Shown: positions 9,514-18,083, counted from the stretch's first letter. The stretch is DNA of 40,929 nt from Patescibacteria group bacterium (GCA_034660995.1 JAYEKL010000063.1:5449-46377); one strand, 5' to 3'. A program made the numbers and translations. Notes: generated by a model not told the origin, from the letters alone.

Positions 9514-9730
9514 GACAAGGGAAAGGGAATTAGTATTAAGTGAACTAGTATTAAGTATTAAGTATTAAGCATCCCACTTAATATTCTTCGACCTTGTGGA
9601 GAAGTTGTACGCATAGAACCTTATTTCGCGCAAAAGAATATTATATACAATATTCCTTGACTCACAATATCTTTCTGTGACGCTAGTGCTTAATACTTAA
9701 TACTGCATACTTAATACTAGTTCCCTTGTC
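9514..9730 (+). mobile_element. Family-D element, copy D3: complete MITE-like unit with both terminal inverted arms
   Basis: The left end gacaaggga...ctagtattaagtattaagtattaagca and right end tgcttaatacttaatactgcatacttaatactagttcccttgtc are inverted repeats built from 7-nt units. The core ttcgaccttgtggagaagttgtacgcatagaa lies inside. There is no ORF. Confidence 0.8.
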
Positions 9731-9754
9731 ATACTAATCCAAAAATTGTATAAT
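9726..9754 (+). promoter_or_regulatory. Putative promoter of the wHTH gene, -35 contributed by the D3 terminus
   Basis: TTGTCA (9726-9731, the last bases of D3), 17-nt spacer, TATAAT (9749-9754) preceded by TG. Confidence 0.5.
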
Positions 9755-9850
9755 GAAGACACGGTGCGATTTGGCTTGCTGTTTGGTAGTGGAATAAAAG
9801 AACGTTCAAACATTTCTAATCTCCAACCCCTAACTCCTAACCCAATATGT

Positions 9851-10429
9851 ATGTCTGAAGTTTTAGAAAAACTATTTCGTTCAAAAGCCGAAGTTAAACT
9901 TCTTCGTCTTTTTATGAACAATCCCAATGAAAGGTATTTAATTTCTGAAGTAGCTAAAAAGTCAAAAGTAAACGTTTCCACAGTGCGAAAAGAAATTAAT
10001 AATCTTGTGAAAATTAAATTTTTAGTTCAACGGAAAAAATCTGGAAAAACATATTATTATGCTAATCAAGATTTTGGTTTTTATGATGAATTAAAGAAAT
10101 TGATTTTTAAGGCGAGTCCCACATCAGCTGATAGACTTGTATCTTTGGCAATGAGATTAGGACAGATAAGGTTTGTGCTTGTTTCTGGAGTTTTTTTAAA
10201 TTCCGAAAAGAGTAAAATTGATATTTTAATTGTTGGTGAGCAGATAAACAGAAGTAAATTAAAAAGTTTTTTATCTAACACTGAAGCAGAGGTGGGTAAA
10301 GGAATTAATTATGTTTGCATGAGTACAGATGAATATCGATATAGAAAAGGAATGTTTGATAAATTTATAGTGAATATTTTTGAGAATCCGCATAAAATAT
10401 TAATAGATAGAATGAAAAAAGATATCTAA
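9851..10429 (+). CDS. Winged-helix DNA-binding protein with C-terminal uncharacterised (nucleotidyltransferase-like?) domain
   Basis: The N-terminus SKAEVKLLRLFMNNPNERYLISEVAKKSKVNVSTVRKEINNLVKIKFLV has an ArsR/MarR-like wHTH pattern. The start is moved to ATG 9851, because 9746-9850 overlaps the promoter and the repeat edge. Confidence 0.6.
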   Translation: MSEVLEKLFRSKAEVKLLRLFMNNPNERYLISEVAKKSKVNVSTVRKEINNLVKIKFLVQRKKSGKTYYYANQDFGFYDELKKLIFKASPTSADRLVSLAMRLGQIRFVLVSGVFLNSEKSKIDILIVGEQINRSKLKSFLSNTEAEVGKGINYVCMSTDEYRYRKGMFDKFIVNIFENPHKILIDRMKKDI

Positions 10430-10430
10430 T

Positions 10431-10480
10431 TAGGGTCCCTCTCTCCGAAAATACGGGACGCGGCAAGAGTAAGTAAATAG
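10431..10480 (-). repeat. Family-A variant half-element (reverse orientation)
   Basis: ggtccctctctccgaaaatacgggacgcggc is the near reverse complement (about 28 of 31) of gccgtgtcccgtattttcggggagagagggcg at 12031-12062. Confidence 0.65.
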
Positions 10481-10588
10481 TATTAAGTATTAAGTATTAA
10501 GCATCTCACTTAATATTCTTTGACCTTGTGGAGAAGTCGTACGCATAGAAGTAATTACATACAATAGTTCTCCATAAAGTCGAAGAAT
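10479..10588 (+). repeat. Family-D element, copy D4 (left arm + core)
   Basis: agtattaagtattaagtattaagcatctcacttaatattctttgaccttgtggagaagtcgtacgcatagaagtaattacatacaatagttctccataaagtcgaagaat. Confidence 0.8.
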
Positions 10589-10697
10589 GTAATAAGTAGA
10601 GTCTGAATTTTCAATTTGGTATTTTCTCACTCAAGAAACTAATAATATTTGACTTGGGAGAGGACCAGTCTAATGCTGGGAATTTTAAGTTTAATAA

Positions 10698-11942
10698 ATG
10701 AGTGTTTTTTTAAAAATGGCCAGGAGAAATAAATCTAAAGATGATTATTTTATTTCTCTTGATATTGGTTCGGAAGCTGTAAAGGCTTTAATTTTGCGAG
10801 TTGATAAAAAACAGGAAAAAGCTTTTATTATTGGTGTTGGCCAAGAATGTCAAAAACAATCAAATATACAAGGAAGTAGCATAAATGATGTTGCCGGTGT
10901 TGTTTTTGCTTGTAAAAAAGCGATAGATAGCGCTGTTGCAATGGCAAAAACAAGACCTACTAAAGTGATTATTGGGATGGGCGGAGAGTTTATAAAAACT
11001 ATGACAGTAGAGGTTAATTATATTAGAAAGAATTTTAGATCCAAGATAGACACGAAAGAAATAAAAGATGTTGTTTGTCAGGCGAAACTTGATTCATCTA
11101 AAGAGATTGCAAAAAGAATGACGGAAGAAGATGGTCGTAATTCAGATATCAAGATTGCTAGCGCTGTTATTGCAGATGTTTGTATTGACGGATATATGGT
11201 GATGAGTCCCGTTGGTTTTAGAGGAACTGAAATAGAGTTGAGAATATTCAATTCTATTTTATCTGAAAAGAATCTTAAAATAATAAAAGGTATTGCAAAA
11301 AAACTAAATTTGAACATTATTAATATAATAGCTGAACCATATGCAGTTGCGATGTCAATAGGAATTAAGGAAATAATTAAATTTAACGCGATTCTTGTTG
11401 ATATCGGAGGTAAGACGACTAATATAACTGTTATCAGTGAAGGAAATGTTAAAAAAGTAAAGACATTTGATATTGGAGGTAGAACTATTACAAAGGATTT
11501 AGCCAAAGAGCTCAATTTAAAATTTTCCGAAGCTGAAGATCTAAAAATAAATTATTCAAGCAAGCAAAATCAAAAAGACTTTTTAGATAAAATTAAAAAA
11601 GTATTTAATCGTGATTTTAGTACTATATTTTCTGGTATAGAGTTGTCTCTGGGAGAGTTTTCAGATTCTGGTTTATTGCCATTTAAAATTTTGTTTTACG
11701 GAGGGACAAGTCAGATTTTAAGTGAAAATGATATGGTAGACAAGTCTGTTTTGAAGAAAAAATTATCATTTCTTTCAAAAACAAAGTCAAGTTTTATAAA
11801 TATTAGTGATATTTCTAATATTATTGATGAAACTAAAAAGGCAGGCAATTTACAATATGTGAATTCTATTAGTCTTGCTAGTTTTACATTTGATTTATCA
11901 ACAGAGGAAGATTTGCTGAATAAAATATTAAGAGATGCTTAA
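10698..11942 (+). CDS. ftsA: FtsA-like actin-fold cell-division ATPase
   Basis: 414 aa with actin-fold phosphate/adenosine motifs DIGSEAVKALI, VDIGGKTTNITV and FDIGGRTITKDLA. Confidence 0.75.
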   Translation: MSVFLKMARRNKSKDDYFISLDIGSEAVKALILRVDKKQEKAFIIGVGQECQKQSNIQGSSINDVAGVVFACKKAIDSAVAMAKTRPTKVIIGMGGEFIKTMTVEVNYIRKNFRSKIDTKEIKDVVCQAKLDSSKEIAKRMTEEDGRNSDIKIASAVIADVCIDGYMVMSPVGFRGTEIELRIFNSILSEKNLKIIKGIAKKLNLNIINIIAEPYAVAMSIGIKEIIKFNAILVDIGGKTTNITVISEGNVKKVKTFDIGGRTITKDLAKELNLKFSEAEDLKINYSSKQNQKDFLDKIKKVFNRDFSTIFSGIELSLGEFSDSGLLPFKILFYGGTSQILSENDMVDKSVLKKKLSFLSKTKSSFINISDISNIIDETKKAGNLQYVNSISLASFTFDLSTEEDLLNKILRDA

Positions 11943-12002
11943 AAAAATAAATCTTGATAAAGTAGGGATGAGGTATTGTTTTATTTCTACAGTACTTATG
12001 CT

Positions 12003-12066
12003 CTACTGATTTTCTTATAATTCTCTTCTAGCCGTGTCCCGTATTTTCGGGGAGAGAGGGCGTGTT
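12003..12066 (+). repeat. Family-A variant (5' module + alternative hairpin)
   Basis: ctactgattttcttataattctcttctag shares the A-family 5' module. It is followed by ccgtgtcccgtattttcggggagagaggg instead of the ggggtgtgt hairpin. Confidence 0.65.
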
Positions 12067-12112
12067 AAATATTATCAAAAATTTATATAATTTTAAATCC
12101 TAAATAATAAAT

Positions 12113-13873
12113 ATGGAGAATGACAATCAAAATAAAATATATATAAGAGAGGATGAAGAAATTCCATCTATTGTAAGCAAAATCAAAAGGTGTTCAGAAA
12201 AAGATGTAGTATTAATAGTGCCTCGTAATGCGTTGATTTTAAATAACGTATTAAATCTTAAGATACTTAAAAAAGAAGCGGAGAGTTTGAGTAAAGAGAT
12301 TTCAATAATAACAGCTGATGATGAGAGTGAGACGGAAGAAGAGAGCATCGGAATAAATTTTGATGTTGCTGGAAATGAAAAAAAGAGTTCTATTGATCCC
12401 ATTGTAGAACCTGATGATCTTTTGAGAAGTAAAAAAGAAGATAAAACTAATTTCAATTCGTTGAATAATAAAAGGAATATTAAGGCAAGTCATAGAGGTA
12501 AGATTAAAATGTTTGATATAGTGAAAAAAGTAAATAATGTAGGGAGAGTTGATAATATGGTTCGTGAGCCTGATATCGAGAAAATGGATGATGAAAAGAT
12601 AAATAATTACCAAGAAGACATTAAAAATAGTAGTGATAACGCTAAATTTCAAGTAAGGGAAGAAATAGTAAATTCTACAAAAAAAACAAAAAAGAAAAAA
12701 ATAACTATTCTCTCATCATTAAACTCAAAAATGGTCGCGCTTTTTATTTTTATAAGTCTTGTTGCTGTTTCATTGGCAATGGCTATTATTCTTCCAAAGG
12801 CAGATGTAGGTATAATTTTAAAAAAGGAAGTCGCTGTATATGACTTTGAATTTATGGCTGATAAGTCTTTGAGCGAAATTGATATTGCTAATAATAAAGT
12901 TCCATTAAAGAAAATAGAAGTTAGTAGTGAAGAATCTGGAAGTTATTCAACTACTGGAATAAAGCATGTACAGGAAAAGGCGAGCGGAGAGATTACAATT
13001 TTCAATGAATATTCTTCAAGTCCATACAGGATAGTTGCAACTACAAGATTTTTGTCGAAAGAAAGCAATAAACTCTTTAGAATTGCAGAAGCTGTTACGA
13101 TTCCTGGGTTTTCAAGAGTAGAAGGAGTGGATGTTCCTGGTCAAGTTACAATAAAAATTTATGCTGATGAAATAGGAGAAGAATATAATATTGGTCCTGA
13201 TTCTTTTCAATTGCCAGGTTTGCAAGGATCAGCTAAATATACATCAGTTTATGCTAGATCAGTTAAAGCGATGTCTGGTGGAATGGACAAGGAAGTTACA
13301 TATTTTTCAGAGAGTGATTATGCAAATGCCGAAGAAGAGCTTGCAAAACTAGTTGAGAAAAAAAATGAGAAAGATTTTTCGGAAAAAGTTTCTGAAAATG
13401 ACTTTTTATTAGAAAATACAAAAAAAGAAGAGAAATTAGATGTTAGCGCTGATGTTAAGGTTGGGGATATTGTTGACAATTTTCAAATAAGCGTTAAGGC
13501 GAAAACAAGTATTTCTCTGATATCAATATCTGATTTAGATAAAATAATAAATGAAAAGATCAATTCAAGATTAGACACTAATAAAGAGCTTTTGGATGAT
13601 AGTAGAAGCTATGAGGTTGGTGACATTATGGTAGGTGAGGATGAAAAAATAATAATGCCAATCCATATTAATCAAGGTTTAATTGTAAAAATTGATATTG
13701 ATAATTTAAAAGAGAATATAGCTGGAAAAAGTGAAGCAGAATTGAATAGCTATTTTAGCAATATGGACGGAGTAAAATCTACAGATATTTGTCTTTGGCC
13801 TTTTTGGGTAAAAAATATTCCTTCGTCATATGAAAAAATCAATATAGCTATTGACATAAATAACCCTGTGTAG
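12113..13873 (+). CDS. Membrane-anchored protein of unknown function (acidic/Lys-rich N-terminus, one TM, large extracytoplasmic domain)
   Basis: 586-aa ORF with TM MVALFIFISLVAVSLAMAIIL. The segment GEITIFNEY...ATTRFLSKESNKLFRI...VTIKIYADEIGEEYNIGP...MSGGMD recalls baseplate-J/gp47-like proteins (memory only, weak). Confidence 0.55.
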   Translation: MENDNQNKIYIREDEEIPSIVSKIKRCSEKDVVLIVPRNALILNNVLNLKILKKEAESLSKEISIITADDESETEEESIGINFDVAGNEKKSSIDPIVEPDDLLRSKKEDKTNFNSLNNKRNIKASHRGKIKMFDIVKKVNNVGRVDNMVREPDIEKMDDEKINNYQEDIKNSSDNAKFQVREEIVNSTKKTKKKKITILSSLNSKMVALFIFISLVAVSLAMAIILPKADVGIILKKEVAVYDFEFMADKSLSEIDIANNKVPLKKIEVSSEESGSYSTTGIKHVQEKASGEITIFNEYSSSPYRIVATTRFLSKESNKLFRIAEAVTIPGFSRVEGVDVPGQVTIKIYADEIGEEYNIGPDSFQLPGLQGSAKYTSVYARSVKAMSGGMDKEVTYFSESDYANAEEELAKLVEKKNEKDFSEKVSENDFLLENTKKEEKLDVSADVKVGDIVDNFQISVKAKTSISLISISDLDKIINEKINSRLDTNKELLDDSRSYEVGDIMVGEDEKIIMPIHINQGLIVKIDIDNLKENIAGKSEAELNSYFSNMDGVKSTDICLWPFWVKNIPSSYEKINIAIDINNPV

Positions 13874-14060
13874 TAGACTAGATAAGTGAGTAATTGATTA
13901 TCTTTACTCTTCTTGTTTTATCTTTAGATAATCGAAAAATTTTAATAACAAAATCTTATTAAAAAATAGTTTATTAAAAAAATCATCAATGATAGACTAA
14001 CTAATTGGTACTAGTTACTTTTTTGGTTGTTAGTTTGTGATGTGTTTATATTAAGTATTT

Positions 14061-14270
14061 ATGAAGGAAATAGTACAAGTAGAAGGAACTGTTATGGAAA
14101 CACTTCCTGGGACAAAATTTAAAGTTAAAATTGATGAAGGTCATGAATTATTGGCCCATATTTCTGGTAAGATGAGAATGAATTATATAAAGATATTGCC
14201 GGGAGATGATGTTATTGTAGAAATGAGTCCTTACGATCTAACGAAAGGAAGAATTGTAAAAAGAGGATGA
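14061..14270 (+). CDS. infA: Translation initiation factor IF-1
   Basis: 69 aa. The S1-like IF-1 sequence [60 protein letters not shown]. Confidence 0.93.
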   Translation: MKEIVQVEGTVMETLPGTKFKVKIDEGHELLAHISGKMRMNYIKILPGDDVIVEMSPYDLTKGRIVKRG

Positions 14271-14353
14271 TTTTATAATAACTGCAGGTTAAGGCTAGTA
14301 TCAAAGTTAAGAGCCTAATCTAAATTCTTATTGTTTTATAAATGTTTTTTTAT

Positions 14354-14420
14354 TGTCAAACTGTTAAATTGTTAAATTGCCACAAGCGAGTAAAATGCGT
14401 GACAATTTAACAATTTGACA
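14354..14420. repeat. Family-C element, copy C1 (inverted arms of 8-nt ttaaattg / caatttaa units)
   Basis: The left arm tgtcaaactgttaaattgttaaattgccac pairs with the right arm gtgacaatttaacaatttgaca around a loop of about 15 nt. It lies between infA and rpmJ. Confidence 0.8.
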
Positions 14421-14516
14421 CTGTGTTGATTTTTATTTCTATTATCAATGGAATTAAAATCTATGATATTTCGATTTTATGCAAGCCTTAATCATATAAT
14501 TATTTAAATATAAAAA

Positions 14517-14630
14517 ATGAAAGTTAGAACTTCAATAAAGAAATTTTGTGATAAATGTAAAATAGTAAAACGCAAAAGAAGACTTTATGTTACTTGTGAG
14601 AATCCCAAGCATAAACAGAGACAAGGGTAA
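14517..14630 (+). CDS. rpmJ: 50S ribosomal protein L36
   Basis: Not in the supplied ORF track because it is under 60 aa. ATG 14517 to TAA 14628-14630 gives [37 protein letters not shown] (37 aa). This shows the CxxC...C...H zinc-ribbon pattern, in the canonical position between infA and rpsM. Confidence 0.9.
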   Translation: MKVRTSIKKFCDKCKIVKRKRRLYVTCENPKHKQRQG

Positions 14631-14695
14631 CGCAAGTACAAGGCTTAAGTATTTTCTTATGCCCTTTTGTGTTTTATATTTTTAGTGTGTAAATT

Positions 14696-14793
14696 AGGCT
14701 CTGCTGATTTTCTTATAATTCCCCTTTAGAGAGGGGGTTGGGGGTGTGTTAAGAAGCTTGTTACACACCCCTTGCCCCTCTCAAGAGGGGAAT
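14696..14793 (+). repeat. Family-A element, copy A2 (inside the ribosomal operon, between rpmJ and rpsM)
   Basis: aggctctgctgattttcttataattcccctttagagagggggttgggggtgtgttaagaagcttgttacacaccccttgcccctctcaagaggggaat. It is followed at 14797-14820 by a D-arm-like cttaaatactaaatacta. Confidence 0.85.
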
Positions 14794-14823
14794 CCCTACT
14801 TAAATACTAAATACTATAAGTGT

Positions 14824-15210
14824 ATGCCAAGAATTTTAGGAGTTAATATCCCAGAAGAAAAGAGAATAGAGTTTGCTCTTACTTACTTAAGAGGTATTGG
14901 AGTTTTTTCTAGTAGAAAAATTTTAAAAGAAGCTGATATTGATATTAATAAGAGAGCAAAAGACATTACTTCTGAGGAAGTGGGAAAAATTCAAGGAATT
15001 ATTGAAAAAAGCTATAAAGTAGAAGGAGAACTGAAAAGAATTGTTATGATGAATATAAAAAGGCTGAAAGAAATAGGATGTTATCGTGGAACAAGGCATG
15101 CAAAAGGTTTGCCTACTAGAGGACAAAGGACAAAAACTAATAATAGAACTGTAAGAGGTAATATAAGAAGAACTGCTGGTAGTGGAAGATCAAAACTTGA
15201 GAAAACATAG
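14824..15210 (+). CDS. rpsM: 30S ribosomal protein S13
   Basis: MPRILGVNIPEEKRIEFALTYLRGIGVFSSRKIL... The ORF-track start at 14746 translates repeat A2, so the start is moved to in-frame ATG 14824. Confidence 0.93.
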   Translation: MPRILGVNIPEEKRIEFALTYLRGIGVFSSRKILKEADIDINKRAKDITSEEVGKIQGIIEKSYKVEGELKRIVMMNIKRLKEIGCYRGTRHAKGLPTRGQRTKTNNRTVRGNIRRTAGSGRSKLEKT

Positions 15211-15305
15211 AATTAAATTGTTAAATTGTTACGCGTAAAAACTGTTTTTATTGCGCGATAACAGCTATAAGCAATTTAACAATTTAACAGTTTAGCAATT
15301 TAATT
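15211..15305. repeat. Family-C element, copy C2 (fills the whole rpsM-rpsK spacer)
   Basis: The left arm aattaaattgttaaattgttacgcg and right arm gcaatttaacaatttaacagtttagcaatttaatt (4 tandem 8-mers of caatttaa type) flank an inner gttacgcg...cgcgataac pairing. Confidence 0.8.
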
Positions 15306-15314
15306 TAAAAATAT

Positions 15315-15755
15315 ATGGGAAAAAGAAGAGTAATAACAATCGGCGGAAAAGAAAAGGGAGGTTCAAAGACCTCAAAGTCGGGAGTGCCTAAAAAAATCAA
15401 AAGAAAGAATATGCCTAAAGGGCAGGTTCATATTAAATCTACTTATAACAATACTATTGTAACCTTAACAGATTTAAACGGTAATGTGGTTGCTTGGTCA
15501 AGCGCTGGACTTTTAGGTTTTAAAGGAGCAAAAAAGGCAACACCTTATGTTGCAACTACTATCGTTGGTTCTTTATTGGAAAAAATAAAGAAGATAGGGC
15601 TAAGAGAAGTTGAGGTGTTTGTAAAAGGTATTGGAAGTGGAAGAGAATCTGCGGTTAGAGCAATTGTTGCCAACAGTATTGATATTGTTTCTATAACTGA
15701 TATAACTCCAATTCCTCATAACGGTTGCAGACCTCCGAAGCCGAGAAGAGTATAA
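15315..15755 (+). CDS. rpsK: 30S ribosomal protein S11
   Basis: 146 aa with NNTIVTLTDLNGNVVAWSSAGLLGFKGAKKATPYVA and C-terminal HNGCRPPKPRRV. Confidence 0.93.
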   Translation: MGKRRVITIGGKEKGGSKTSKSGVPKKIKRKNMPKGQVHIKSTYNNTIVTLTDLNGNVVAWSSAGLLGFKGAKKATPYVATTIVGSLLEKIKKIGLREVEVFVKGIGSGRESAVRAIVANSIDIVSITDITPIPHNGCRPPKPRRV

Positions 15756-15840
15756 TAGTAGAATTTGGAATAATGTTTAAAAATTAGAAATTTAATTATT
15801 ATTTAAAAATTACAAAATTAAAAATTAAAAATTTTCAATT

Positions 15841-16467
15841 ATGGCCAGAGATTTAAGTCCAAAATGTAAAAGATGTAGAAGGGAAGGAAAAAAACTTTTT
15901 CTGAAAGGAGATCGTTGTTTTAGTATAAAATGCGCTATGATAAAAAGACCTTATGCTCCCGGACAGCATGGACAAGCTAGAAAAATGGGTTTGTCTGAAT
16001 TTGGTATTCAATTAAGAGAAAAGCAAAAGGTTAAAAGAACTTATGGCATTTTAGAAAAACAGTTTAGAAAATATTATGAAATGGCCAGTAGAATGAATGG
16101 TGACGCCGGAGTTTTATTATCTACTCTTCTTGAAAGAAGGCTAGATAATGCTGTTTATCGTCTTGGTTTGGCTAGCTCTAGAAATCAGGCTAGACAGCTT
16201 GTTAATCATGGACATTTTTTGTTAAATGGAAAAAAAGTAGATATAGCATCTTGTCTTGTTAAGGAAGGTGATGTTATTTCGTTTAAAAAAGAAAAAGGAT
16301 TTCATTTTGAAGAAATAAAAAAAATATTAAAAAATCATCAGGCTCCTTCTTGGATGTCTTTGGACGCGCAGAAGGTTCAGGGAAAGATTGTTTCTAGCCC
16401 GGTTTTAAGTGAAATTGACACTAATGTTGATGTTCATTTGATTATTGAATATTATTCTAAGTCATAA
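15841..16467 (+). CDS. rpsD: 30S ribosomal protein S4
   Basis: 208 aa with an N-terminal Cys cluster (PKCKRCRREGKKLFLKGDRCFSIKCA) and S4 domain (LERRLDNAVYRLGLASSRNQARQLVNHGHFLLNGKKV). Confidence 0.93.
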   Translation: MARDLSPKCKRCRREGKKLFLKGDRCFSIKCAMIKRPYAPGQHGQARKMGLSEFGIQLREKQKVKRTYGILEKQFRKYYEMASRMNGDAGVLLSTLLERRLDNAVYRLGLASSRNQARQLVNHGHFLLNGKKVDIASCLVKEGDVISFKKEKGFHFEEIKKILKNHQAPSWMSLDAQKVQGKIVSSPVLSEIDTNVDVHLIIEYYSKS

Positions 16468-16494
16468 ATTTAATAAAATAAAACAAACAAAAAT

Positions 16495-17517
16495 ATGCAA
16501 AAAATAACATTACCAGAAAAACCAATAATAATAAAACAAGATGGAAATTTTGCAATTTTTGAAATAAGGGCTTGCTATCTTGGCTATGGATCAACTATTG
16601 GGAATGCTTTGCGTAGAGTTTTACTTTCTAGTTTGGTTGGATCTGCTATAACATCAGTTAAGATCTCAAATGTAAACCACGAATTTTCTACAATTCCTGG
16701 AGTGGTTGAAGATGTTGTTGAGATAATTCTTAATCTAAAAAGAATAAAATTTAAAATGCACACTAACGAACCTGTAAAACTGAGTTTGAAAGTAGACAAA
16801 GAAGGCAAAGTAAAAGCTTCTGATATAAAAATGAATAGTGATGTAGAAATAGCTGATAAAAATGCTTATATAGCAACTGTAACTGATAAGAATGCTAAGT
16901 TGGAGATGGAACTAAAAGTAGAAAATGGTGTTGGCTATATGCCAATTGAACAGCAAGGTGATGACAAGCTTGAGATCGGCAATATAGCGATAGATGCGAT
17001 ATTTTCTCCAATAAAAAAAGTAGTTTATCATGTAGAGAATATGCGTGTTGGAAAAATGACAAATTATGAAAAATTAATTTTTGAAATAGAGACTGATGGG
17101 AGTATGGCGCCAGAAGAAGCTTTTAAAGAGGCGACAAGATTGCTCGTAGAACATTTTAATTTATTTAGAGAAGTAATTGATCAAAAGACAGAGATAAAGA
17201 ATAAAAAAGCAGAAACAGAAAAAAATGAATTATTAGAGGAAGAAGAGGCTGCAAAGAAAGAAATTGAAAAGAAAAAGAAAGAAGATAAAGATCAACAACG
17301 AAAAGAAGGTAGCGAAGAAATTCTAAAAACACTTATTGAAGATTGTGGTATATCTGCTAGGATTTCAAGGATTTTAACTGAAAATAAAATAAAAACTATT
17401 AGCAAAATATCCAAAAAGTCAGAAGATGATTTAAAGACATTGCCAGGAATGGGAGATAAAGGAATCAAAGAAATTAAAAAAGTTTTAGGAAAGCTAGGGT
17501 TAACTTTAAAGAAATAA
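16495..17517 (+). CDS. rpoA: DNA-directed RNA polymerase alpha subunit with long Lys/Glu-rich inter-domain linker
   Basis: NTD motif GNALRRVLLSSLVGSA and a CTD helix-hairpin-helix (LKTLPGMGDKGIKEIKKVL). A charged linker of about 50 aa (KTEIKNKKAETEKNELLEEEEAAKKEIEKKKKEDKDQQRKEG) separates them. Confidence 0.93.
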   Translation: MQKITLPEKPIIIKQDGNFAIFEIRACYLGYGSTIGNALRRVLLSSLVGSAITSVKISNVNHEFSTIPGVVEDVVEIILNLKRIKFKMHTNEPVKLSLKVDKEGKVKASDIKMNSDVEIADKNAYIATVTDKNAKLEMELKVENGVGYMPIEQQGDDKLEIGNIAIDAIFSPIKKVVYHVENMRVGKMTNYEKLIFEIETDGSMAPEEAFKEATRLLVEHFNLFREVIDQKTEIKNKKAETEKNELLEEEEAAKKEIEKKKKEDKDQQRKEGSEEILKTLIEDCGISARISRILTENKIKTISKISKKSEDDLKTLPGMGDKGIKEIKKVLGKLGLTLKK

Positions 17518-17559
17518 TTATCAGACTCACTGAATCTAACATAAATTTAATAAATAGCT

Positions 17560-17907
17560 ATGAAACATAAGTCAAAAGGAAGACAATTTAAAAGAAATAA
17601 ATCGCAAAAAAAAGCTTTGATGAAACATTTATCAGAAGCAATTATATTGCAGGAAAAAATTACGACTACTACAGCTAAAGCGAAGGAGCTTTCTTCGTAT
17701 GTGGAAAAATTAATAACAGTAGCAAAGAAGGATAATCTTTTAGCAACTAAGGCTATTCACAGTAAGTTATCTGATGAGGCATCTAAGAAGATATTGCGGG
17801 AAATTGCCAGCAAATATAAAGATAGAAACGGAGGATATACAAGAATTATAAAAATAGGTGAAAGAAATAGTGATATCGCTAAAATGTCCGTTATAGAGTT
17901 TGTTTAG
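17560..17907 (+). CDS. rplQ: 50S ribosomal protein L17
   Basis: 115 aa with RNGGYTRIIKIGERNSDIAKMSVIEFV at the C-terminus. Canonical position after rpoA. Confidence 0.9.
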   Translation: MKHKSKGRQFKRNKSQKKALMKHLSEAIILQEKITTTTAKAKELSSYVEKLITVAKKDNLLATKAIHSKLSDEASKKILREIASKYKDRNGGYTRIIKIGERNSDIAKMSVIEFV

Positions 17908-18024
17908 GCTCTGCTGATTTTCTTATAATTCCCCTCTAGCCTTGTCCGCCTTGGGAGGGAGAGGGGGGTTAGTTGGTGTGTTAAAAGCTTGTTACACATC
18001 CCTTGCCCATCTCGAGAGGGGAAT
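17905..18024 (+). repeat. Family-A element, copy A3 (with extra insert in first hairpin); begins at the rplQ stop codon
   Basis: taggctctgctgattttcttataattcccctctag + ccttgtccgccttgggagggagag + gggggttagttggtgtgttaaaagcttgttacacatcccttgcccatctcgagaggggaatag. The first three bases (TAG, 17905-17907) are the rplQ stop. Confidence 0.8.
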
Positions 18025-18083
18025 AGCCATTATTTGAGGAAAATAACGAATCTGTCTGTAGTAATACTGTATATATTTTTTAA

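Noticed and set aside
9746-9850. N-terminal extension of the wHTH gene from the ORF-track start
   Set aside because: The ATG at 9746 lies inside the putative promoter (its A is 3 nt upstream of the TATAAT at 9749-9754). The extension is not wHTH-like, so in-frame ATG 9851 is preferred. This is moderate confidence only.
14746-14823. N-terminal extension of rpsM from the ORF-track start
   Set aside because: These codons translate repeat A2. Canonical S13 begins MPRI.. at ATG 14824.
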